Source: Devosia equisanguinis (GTDB taxonomy: Bacteria; Pseudomonadota; Alphaproteobacteria; Rhizobiales; Hyphomicrobiaceae). From it: 64,000 nt of DNA. The stretch covers positions 14,314 to 78,313 of the forward strand of contig CAMAYR010000001.1 in NCBI GenBank assembly GCA_945862355.1, written 5' to 3'. Below the pieces are notes generated by a model. The model did no database searches. It was not told the origin of the DNA and saw only the letters and a program-made list of their open reading frames with translations. Each line of letters opens with the position of its first letter. The stretch's first letter is position 1. Positions 8,743-17,800 of this stretch are shown piece by piece. Position numbers and translations under genes: made by a program.

Positions 8743-9120
8743 TCAATAGGTCAGAACCTTGCAATCGCCTTCCATGACCTCCTCGATCATGTACGCGCCA
8801 CCCACGATCCCGGAGCACTCCGGAATGAGGTCGTCCTGCGTCATGTTGAACAAGTCGAGATTGGGCGAGCAGCAGTAGAACTTCACACCGGCTTCGTGCG
8901 CGTCCTTGATGAAATCGTAGACCGTCTTTGGGCTGCCGGGCTTTACGGTCAACTGCGCAGCCTCGCCCTTCTTCATCAGGCGGCCGGCGGTAGCGGTGCA
9001 GATCACCTCCACCTCGTAGTCCATGGCGGCGGCGACAGAGGCCTGAAACAGCGGAGCGCCCAGCTCCTCGCCGTTGCGCGGATCAGTGTTGGCCATCACG
9101 ATCAACAGCTTCTTGCCCAT
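8743..9120 (-). CDS. dsrE: DsrE-family sulfur-transfer protein (DsrE3-like)
   Basis: 125 aa with DsrE/DsrF fold hallmarks (KLLIVMANTDP..., FYCCSPN, ...IVGGAYM). GAGGAG Shine-Dalgarno before ATG 9120. Confidence 0.8.
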   Translation of the reverse strand: MGKKLLIVMANTDPRNGEELGAPLFQASVAAAMDYEVEVICTATAGRLMKKGEAAQLTVKPGSPKTVYDFIKDAHEAGVKFYCCSPNLDLFNMTQDDLIPECSGIVGGAYMIEEVMEGDCKVLTY

Positions 9121-9226
9121 CGTCTCCTCGCCCCCTGTTCGAATTCAACACGCACGCCAGCGCGGTCACGCGCGGGCGGCTGCCATTCCGGCCGACGCTA
9201 GCCCGACTTAAGGCCCATTACAAGCA

Positions 9227-9250
9227 AATATTCGCATTCGTGAATTAAAG
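9227..9250. promoter_or_regulatory. Candidate operator in the AT-rich island upstream of dsrE-shdr
   Basis: AAATATTCGCATTCGTGAATTAAAG contains the 11-mer CATTCGTGAAT (9235-9245). The same 11-mer is at 18626-18636 next to the ArsR-type regulator gene. Confidence 0.3.
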
Positions 9251-9289
9251 AACTCCGCGCCCGCGCCACTGGAGACGGGGCGGTAAAGC

Positions 9290-10594
9290 TCACTCGCCAG
9301 GCAGCATTTCCTCGATTTCTTCACCTTCGACATAGGCCTCGCCTGCCTTTTCCATACCGAGTTGGCTGCGGATCTTCCGCAGATGGGCGGGTGTGGGATC
9401 GAATGGGTAGCTCGCGATGTTGGAGGGCGGGCTGTCGCCGTAAGGCCGGTCGCACGCCGAGAGGTCCTCGCGAACCTTGCCGGGGCAGCCAGAGGTGCGA
9501 AAGGCGAGGCCTTGATCGATCACCGGCTGCAGCTCGGCATCGGAGATACCGAAGTCGGCGACGCGGCCCGCTTCATCGAAGCGCATCTGGTCCACCCGGA
9601 CGCCGCGATAGTCGATCAGGTATCGGGCGAGCTGGACGCGTCGCCACTGATCGCGCGGCGTCGCCGGCAGGTGGTCCATCAGCGAGCCCTTCTCCGGGAA
9701 GAAGCAGAACATATGGCTGTGCCCGCCCATGTCGACCAAGCGCTGCACGAGGCTCAGCACGTCGGCTTCGGTCTCGCCCATGCCGACGATGATATGTGCG
9801 CCGAACTTCTCGCTTCCGAAGATGTCCCGGGCGTCCTCGAGGATCTCCCAGTATTTCGACCAGGAATGCGGCGACTGCACACCCTTGCCGCGCGTCCGGT
9901 CGAAGATCTCGGGTGTGGCTGCGTCGAGGGCGACGGTGAAGATGTCGGCGCCGAGATCCTTGAGGCGGGCGACGTCGGCACGGGACATCGTGGTCGGGTT
10001 GGAGAGGATCGAGACGGGAACGGTCTCCGGCGAGATGCGGTCTGTCCACTGTTTCAACACCGTCACAGTGTCGGCGTCCGAACTCGGGTGCGTGATCATC
10101 GAGATGCACATGCGGTGGAACGGCGTCTTGTCGCCGTCGCGCGCGACCTTGTCGACGATCTCGGCCATTGGAACGGCCGGCCAATCGACGCGAATGAAGT
10201 TGCGGTCGGCGTAGTCGCGGTCGGCCTCGCGGTGGCGGGCGAGCCCGCAATACGCGCAGTTCGCACGGCAGCCCTCGGGATATGTGAGGAGCAGGTTCAA
10301 GCAGCGCGTGCAGCCGCAGCCGAACATCTTGCCCGGCATGATGCCGAGCGTGATGGCGGCCGCCGTCGACAACTGCACGTACTCCGGCGATCGCATATGC
10401 GGCGTCAGCCGGTTGTTACCCGGCAGGTAGACACCCTCGGGTGGCACGTTGGCGTGCTTTACGCGTGCGCCGTTGCGGGCGGCGACAGGCGTTGGGGCCG
10501 GCGCACGCGGCTCCATCACGTCGAAGGCGTTGAAGTCGAGGCCGGCTGCGCCCTTCGCGGAGGGCAGGGCAATCTCACGTTTCAGGCAGCTCAT
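9290..10594 (-). CDS. Radical SAM protein, LipS-type (sHdr-associated lipoyl synthase component)
   Basis: 434 aa with radical-SAM motif CRANCAYCGLA (CX3CX2C). Positioned as one of two tandem radical-SAM genes next to dsrE/shdr/lbpA. I cannot say whether it is LipS1 or LipS2. Confidence 0.75.
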   Translation of the reverse strand: MSCLKREIALPSAKGAAGLDFNAFDVMEPRAPAPTPVAARNGARVKHANVPPEGVYLPGNNRLTPHMRSPEYVQLSTAAAITLGIMPGKMFGCGCTRCLNLLLTYPEGCRANCAYCGLARHREADRDYADRNFIRVDWPAVPMAEIVDKVARDGDKTPFHRMCISMITHPSSDADTVTVLKQWTDRISPETVPVSILSNPTTMSRADVARLKDLGADIFTVALDAATPEIFDRTRGKGVQSPHSWSKYWEILEDARDIFGSEKFGAHIIVGMGETEADVLSLVQRLVDMGGHSHMFCFFPEKGSLMDHLPATPRDQWRRVQLARYLIDYRGVRVDQMRFDEAGRVADFGISDAELQPVIDQGLAFRTSGCPGKVREDLSACDRPYGDSPPSNIASYPFDPTPAHLRKIRSQLGMEKAGEAYVEGEEIEEMLPGE

Positions 10595-10606
10595 TGTCTG
10601 TCTCTT

Positions 10607-11692
10607 TCAACCTGCGCACGCAGTCGCCATCGGCCGCGCCTGTATATTGCCACCGATCTTGATCGAGCAACATGCGTGCTGCTGCTCATAAGGCCGGCCG
10701 ATCGCCTGGGCGAGGGCTACGGCGCCGTCGGCGGGGAAGGCGATGCCATCGAGTCCTGCCATCACCGCGTAGGCATCCGTGACGCGCTTGTGCATTCCGG
10801 CTGGTCTAGCACAACCGAGCAGCACCTGCTTGTCCGGCAGGCGGCGGCGCGCCTCCAGGAAGATGCGGCCGACATCGGCCGTGGCCGGCGTCGCGAAGGT
10901 GCCCGCTTTCGCATAAAACGGCATGATGACGACGAGAACAAGCGAGTGGATGCCGTGACGGGCGCAAATGTCCAACGCGTTGGCCTCGCCCAGAATGCGG
11001 CCGTAATGCAGGCCGACGACGATGTGCGGCACGACCTCCATGCGGGTCGAGCACAGCGCGGCAAGCGTCGCCTCGAACTCGTCCACCGTGCGGTCGAGAT
11101 GATAAACCTGCCGTATAGTCTCCTGTGCGCCGATCACGTCCATCATGGCGGTGTCGACGCCGGCACTCTCCATCGCCTTGGCGCGCGGCTCGTCGAGAAG
11201 GGCGGAGTGGATCGCCACTTTGAGATGGGGAAAGTCAAGCTTCAGGCGCTCGATGGCGGGCAGGTATTTCTCGTACTTGATCTCGTTGCGGCGGTTGGAG
11301 CCACCCGACAGCAAGAACCCCTGCAGGTTCTGCAGCATGACGAGATCGCGCACCTTGCTCTCGAGCATCTGAGGCGTGGTTGCTGGGATCATCGGCTCCA
11401 GGATCTTGGCCTGGCAGTGATCGCAGTCGAGCGCGCAAGCCCCGCCGGTGACCGAGAACGCCGGGAAGGAGTTCTTGGAGCACCCCTGCATCTCGGAAGT
11501 GGAGTATTCCTTGAAGGTCGGTGTGGAAAATCGGATCGGCCCGCCCACGCCGCGCGCCTGCATCAGGGCGACGAGCGCGGCGTCCATCTCGGCATCCTCC
11601 AGAGCCTCGATGCCGCTAATTTTCGCCAGCCAATCAAGACCTTCCGCCTTTGCTTGCTCGATAAGGTCAGGCATTGGCTGGTGTCCGTCCAC
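10607..11692 (-). CDS. Radical SAM protein, LipS-type (second copy)
   Basis: Motif CALDCDHCQAK (CX3CX2C). GTG 11692 is preceded by GGAGG with a 6-nt spacer. Alternative start is ATG 11674. The longer track ORF to 11818 is an Arg-rich extension that overlaps the PKS start. Confidence 0.75.
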   Translation of the reverse strand: MDGHQPMPDLIEQAKAEGLDWLAKISGIEALEDAEMDAALVALMQARGVGGPIRFSTPTFKEYSTSEMQGCSKNSFPAFSVTGGACALDCDHCQAKILEPMIPATTPQMLESKVRDLVMLQNLQGFLLSGGSNRRNEIKYEKYLPAIERLKLDFPHLKVAIHSALLDEPRAKAMESAGVDTAMMDVIGAQETIRQVYHLDRTVDEFEATLAALCSTRMEVVPHIVVGLHYGRILGEANALDICARHGIHSLVLVVIMPFYAKAGTFATPATADVGRIFLEARRRLPDKQVLLGCARPAGMHKRVTDAYAVMAGLDGIAFPADGAVALAQAIGRPYEQQHACCSIKIGGNIQARPMATACAG

Positions 11693-11736
11693 GGCGCGCC
11701 TCCGCGTGTCTCTTCTTGAATGCAGACATCCGCATA

Positions 11737-11749
11737 CATTAACGTAATG
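11737..11749. promoter_or_regulatory. Palindrome in the divergent lipS/PKS promoter region
   Basis: CATTA-ACG-TAATG has perfect 5-bp arms and sits in the only AT-rich patch of the 110-nt spacer. Confidence 0.25.
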
Positions 11750-11802
11750 CTCGGCCTTGCCAAGGGGCCTCGTAGCCCCGGACCTTCGCAGAGGAAACCA
11801 TC

Positions 11803-14800
11803 TTGCAGCGCATCGCAATCATCGGCATCGGCTGCCGCTTTCCCGGACGCGCCGACGATGTGGGCAGCTTTTGGTCACTGCTGGCGGAAGGCAGATGCGC
11901 GCTTGGCGAAATTCCAGGTGACCGTTGGGCGCTCGAGGGATTCCACGACGCGACCCATGATCTCCCGGACCGCGCCTACGCGAAATGGGGCGGGTTCCTC
12001 GACGACATCCGCAGCTTCGACCCGGCCTGGTTCGGCCTCAGCCCGCGCGAGGCGGAGGCGATGGACCCGCAGCAACGGCTTCTGCTTCAAGTTGCCTCAG
12101 AGGCGGTGGCGGATGCGCGCCTGCCACTCGCGGCGCTGAGACGTGGCCCGACCGGTGTTTTCATCGGTGTATCGAACGTCGACTACGGCCTGCTCCAGCG
12201 CTACCGGCCGGAACACGGTGACATCCAGGCCGGCACGGGAACGGCACTGTCGATCGTCGCCAACCGGGTGTCGAACCGGCTGGACCTGTCCGGGCCCAGC
12301 ATGGGCATCGACACAGCCTGCTCGTCTTCGCTCGTGGCGCTCGACACGGCCTGCCGGCATCTTGGCGACGGCTCATGCGAAATGGCACTGGCGGGCGGGG
12401 TCAACATCCTGCTCGACCCGCGCATGTTCATCACGTTCTCCAGCGCTCACATGCTGTCTCCGACGGGGCGCATCCGGGCGTTCGACGCGGCAGCCGACGG
12501 GTTCGTGCGCGGGGAGGGCGTCGGCGTGGTGCTGCTGCGGCGGCTCGATGACGCAGTTGCCGCCGGCGACCGGATCTATGCGGTGATCGAGGCCACTGCC
12601 GTCAATCAGGATGGCCGAACCGGAACAATCACCGAGCCGAGCCTCGATGCCCAGATCGCGATGTTGCAGGCGGCGGTAGAACGCGCCGGCATCGAGCCTG
12701 AGAGCATCGCCTATGTCGAAGCGCACGGTACCGGCACGCCGGTCGGCGATCCGATCGAGGCGAAGGCAATCGGCACGGTGCTCGGCGGCCAGCGGCGGCG
12801 GCGGCTGCTGCCGATGGGCTCGGCCAAGACCAACATCGGGCATCTCGAGCCGGCTGCCGGCATCGCGGGTCTGATCAAGGCAGCGCTCGTGTTGCATCTG
12901 CGCAGCGTGCCGCCGAGCCTCGGCTTCGAGCAGGCGAACCCGGCCATTCAGCTCGACGATCTCAGGCTGACGATACCGCGTGGCTTCAGCGCACTCGACG
13001 ATGTCGGTGGGCACCCGCACGCGCTGGTCAACTCGTTCGGCTTCGGCGGCACGAATGCGTGCGCAGTGTTGTCGGCCGCGCCGGAGAGCGGCTTTCGAGC
13101 AGAACGAGGTCGCGGCACCGTCCGGGCCGGCGCTGCCGACAAGCTGGCGGCGCCGATACCCGTTCCTCTTTCAGCGCCCACCGCGCGGCACCTCCAGGCC
13201 TTTGCCGCCGTCGTAGCAGAGTCGATCGAGAGCGGCTGTCTGTCAGACAAGACGATCGAGGAGATCACCAGCGCGCTCGCCGCCCAGCGCGACCCCCACG
13301 AGCATCGCGCGGTGATCATCGCGACGACGCCGGCCGAACTCGTTGATCGCTTGCGGTGTCTCGCCGACGGCCGCGAATGGCCTCAGTCGGAACGCCATGC
13401 GCCGCCGCAGATTATTCGCGGCACCGCGCGCGCAGACCGCAAGGTGTGCTTCACGATGACGGGCCAGGGCGGGCAGTGGTGGGCGATGGGCCGCGAGCTC
13501 ATCGAGTGCGAGCCGGTCTTCCGCCGCGCCGTCGAGGCGTTCGATGCGATCTTCGCGCCGGTCGGCGGATGGTCGGTGATGAAGGAGCTGATGGCCGACG
13601 AGGCCACGAGCCGCATCGACGACGCGGCGATCACGCCGGCGGTGATGTTCGCGTTCCAGACCGCACTGGCGGAGGTGTGGAAGGCCCGCGGCGTGGCACC
13701 CGACATCGTGCTCGGGCACAGCTTCGGCGAGGTTACGGCAGCGTTCCTCGCGGGCGGGATCGAGGCGGCCGAGGTGGCGCGTCTCGTCGATCAGCGGGGA
13801 CTGATCCGCCACCGGGTCGACCGCGTCGGCACGATGGCGGCAATCGGGCTCGGCGCAGCAGAAATCGCGCCGCTGCTCCCGAGCGACGGCAGTATCGAGA
13901 TCGGCGGGTACAATGCACCCTCGATGGTGACACTGTCCGGCGAGGAAGCGGCCATCGACGTCCTGATCGCGCGGCTCAATGCGGAAGACCCGACAATTCT
14001 CACGCGCAAGCTGGCGCTCGACTTCGCCTATCACTCGAGCTGGTTCGAGCCGGTCGAGGGCGTGTTCAAGGCAGAGGTGGGTACCCTCGCAACGGCGCCG
14101 CCACGGTTGCCGGTGGTTTCCACGGTCACGGGGCAGCTCAACAACCGCTTCGACACGGACTACTGGTGGCAGAACCTGCGGCAGCCCGTGCGCTACCAGC
14201 ATGGGATCGATACGACGCTCGATCTCGGCGCCGACGTTTTCGTCGAGCTGGGGCCACATCGTACGCTTTCGAGCATGACGGCAGCGTGTGCGGCCGCGAA
14301 GGGGCGAGCCGTCGTCACCGTCACGACGCTCGACCGGCGGTGGGGCGATCTCGTCTCACTCGCGGTTGCGACGGGGCAACTGTGGGTGGCGGGCGTCGAT
14401 GTCGATTGGACGGCACTGCTCGGCAAGGGCGGGCGCGAGAGCGAGCTGCCGCGGCAGCCCTGGCTCGATCAGGCGCTGTGGATCGAGCCCGACGAGGCCG
14501 GCCAGCATCTGCGCCCAGCTCAGGTGCATCCGCTGCTTGGGCGGGCGCAGGCCGGCCCCGTAAAGAGCTGGCGCGCGGACGTCAGCCTCGCCTCTCACGG
14601 CTGGCTTTCCGACCATCGGCTCGATAGCAACTGCGTCTATCCCGCAGCCGCCTACATCGAGATGCTGACGGTTGCGGCGCGGGACGTGCTCGATGCGCGC
14701 GCCGTCGAGTTGGCCGATGTCACATTCCCGGCCGCGCTGTTCATCGGCAGTGACGACGAGGTGCAGATCGCCACGCACTTCGAGACGGGGCGGCGCAAGC

Positions 14801-17800
14801 TATCTATTCATTCGCGTGTCCGTGGCGGCGGGAACGACTGGACGCTGCGCGCGGCGGCTACCGTGTCGGCGCTGGACGACGCGGCGGCAGCGGCTTTCGA
14901 GGCCGAGCGTTGGGGCGGGATCGTGCTGCCGCTGCGCGAGGCCGCGCCGGTTGCGACAGCCGAGTTCTACGCTGCCGCGGACGCTGCGGGCTATGGCTGG
15001 GGTCCGCAGTTCCAGGGCCTGAAGAAGATCGAACGAGCGCGGGGAGCCGCGCGGGGCGTGATCGCAGTTGCGGCAGACGGGAAGCCGTTCCATCTCGATC
15101 CGCGCCTCGTCGATTCCGCCTTGCAGCTCATGCTGGCGAGCGGCGAGGCCTCTAATCTCCTCGGCGTGATGCCGACGGGAATCGCGCGGTTGATCGCCAT
15201 CGGATCACCGGGCGCGAGCGCCACAGCACTCGGCCGAACGAGAGCTGCGGCAGGCGGCGGCATCACGGCGGACATCGAGATCGCGGGCGAGGACGGCTCG
15301 TTGGCCGTCCGCATCGAGGGACTTTCCGCGAGGCGCCGCGCGAGGCCGGCGACCGTCTCTGCAGCGAACGCGCGTGTCGCGCGGCTCTACGAGGAGACGA
15401 GCGAGCGTGCCGTACTCGACGACGCCGCAGGGCCGATCGATGGCGCCTGGGTGGTGATCGCGGGCAACGGATGCGGCTTCGGCGATCGCCTTGCCGCTGA
15501 GATCACGCAGCGCGGCGGAACGTGCACGCTGCTGGTGGCTCGCGACGATCGGCTGCCTGGCCTCGGCGACATCGAGGCTGCACTCGGCAATGGCGATGCG
15601 AAGCTCGCCCCACGCCTCATCTACGCCGTGCCGATCTCGACGCCGCCAGTTGCGGAAGCGCGCATCTCGCAGGAAGCTCGAAAATCGACACATCGGATGA
15701 TCGAGTTCGGGCGTGCGCTCGGCACACTTGCGGCGCGTGGCGTGCATCCGGCCGTCACCGTGCTGACGCTCGGCGCCCGCACCGCTGGGGGCGACGACGT
15801 CATCGACGAGCGAGGCCTCGCACAGTCTCCCGTCCTGGCTGTGACGCGCACGATCATGATGGAACTTCCCGAAATCCGCGTGCAACTCGTCGATTGCGAC
15901 CCGTCCTCACTCGATGATGCTGGACGCTTAGTCGATGTTATGGCGTCCTGTCCCGAGGTGACGGAAATCGCCGTTCGCGACGGCGTAGCGTTCGTACTTC
16001 GCATCGACGAAATCGGGCGGGGCGAGGCACCGCCGCCGAGCCTTGTTCCCGCAAAGCAAAGGTCGAGCTGTGCTTTCGCGCTGGTGCATACCGGCCCGCC
16101 GGGCGCTGACGGGCTCGATTGGCGCGAGACCTCGCGCCGCGTGCTCGAGCCTAACGAGATCGAGGTCGAGGTTGCCGCGGCCGGGCTCAACTTCCGCGAC
16201 CTGATGGCCGTGTCGGGGCTGCTGCCGCTGGAGGCCGAACCCGATCCGGCGATCGGCGCACTCGGGCTCGAAGTGTCCGGCGTCGTAACGCGGGTCGGCG
16301 CCGACGTGCGCGATACGGAGCCGGGCCAGGCCGTGCTCGGCATGGGGCGCGGTGTGTTGCGTCGACACGCGGTACTGTCGCGACAGGCGCTGCACATTCT
16401 TCCGCCGGGCTTCTCGCACGAGGAAGCCGCCACCGTCCCGTCCGCGTTTCTCACCGCGCACTATGCGCTGGCCGAGCTGGCGCGGCTGCAGGCAGGCGAG
16501 ACCGTTCTGATCCACAGCGCGACCGGCGGCGTCGGCCTGGCAGCCATCCAGCTGGCGCGGCGGGCGGGCGCGGACATCATCGCTACGGCGGGATCACCAG
16601 AACGGCGCGCGCTGCTATTCGATCTGGGGATCTTCCACATATTCGATTCACGGAGCGCGCGCTTTGCCGACGATGTCATGCGCGCGACTGGCGGCCGAGG
16701 CGTCGACATCGTGCTCAACTCGCTGAGCGGCCCGATGATCGGCAAGGGGATCGCGTGTCTGGCGCCCCATGGCCGGTTCATCGAGCTCGGCAAGCGCGAT
16801 GTCTACGACGATACGGCATTGGGCTTGAAAGCGCTCAAAGCGAACATCTCGCTGCATGTCGTGGACGTCGCGGCGCTGATCGTGGACCGGCCGCAGCTTG
16901 CCGCGCGGTTACTTGGAGAGGTGACTGCGATGCTCCAAGCGGGAGAGATCGCACCGCTTCCCCACCGCATCTTCAAGGCCGACGACATTGCCGATGCATT
17001 CCGCCACTTCTCGTCCGGGCAGCACGTCGGCAAGATCGTGGTGAGCCTCGACAGACCACCTGCCGTGATTCGACGTGGGTTCTCCGCCGGCGCACCGTTC
17101 GACGGCGACGCCACCTACCTCGTCACGGGCGGCACCCGCGGGTTCGGCCGCGCCGTCGGCCAATGGCTGGCTGAGCGCGGCGCGGGACGCGTAGTGCTCG
17201 CGTCGCGGTCGGGCCGGCTCGAAGCCGACACTGAAAACGTTCGGCACCACGCCATCGAAACGCTCGCGCTCGACGTGACCTCCGCGGATGCAGTGGAACG
17301 CGCGATCGCCGATCTTGCAGCGTCAGCCAAGCCGCTGCGGGGGATCTTCCACGCGGCCGTCGAATATGACGACGCGCTGCTGGCGGACATGACCGAGGCG
17401 CGTACAGATCGCGTGCTGGCGCCGAAGATCGACGGCGCCTTGAACCTGACGCGAGCCGTCTTGGCCTGCGGGGCCGAGATCGATCAATTCGTGATGTTCT
17501 CCTCGCTGGCGCAGGTCGTGGGCTGGCCGGGACAGTCGAACTATGCGGCGGCCAACGGGTTCCTCGAAGCGCTCGCGCATCGGCAGCGCAGCCGTGGCAT
17601 TCCCGGACAATGCATCAACTGGGGCGCACTCGGCGAAAGCGGGCATGTGGCGCGCAGCGCCCAGATGCAAAGCTATCTCGACAGCAGCGGCTGGATCGCG
17701 ATCGACAATCGCGCGGCACTCGATGCGCTCGCCCGCGCGCTCGACATCGACCGACCCGTCGTGACGATTGCGGCCGCCGACTGGTCGCGTCTTGGAGCCA

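Noticed and set aside
9362-11719. 785-aa plus-strand ORF
   Set aside because: It is antisense to both radical-SAM genes. It has shadow-ORF composition and no recognisable domain.
11693-11818. Long N-terminal extension of the second radical-SAM ORF overlapping the PKS start
   Set aside because: The extension is Arg-rich with no Shine-Dalgarno. An internal GTG with a perfect GGAGG (or ATG 11674) gives a normal-length protein and removes the overlap.
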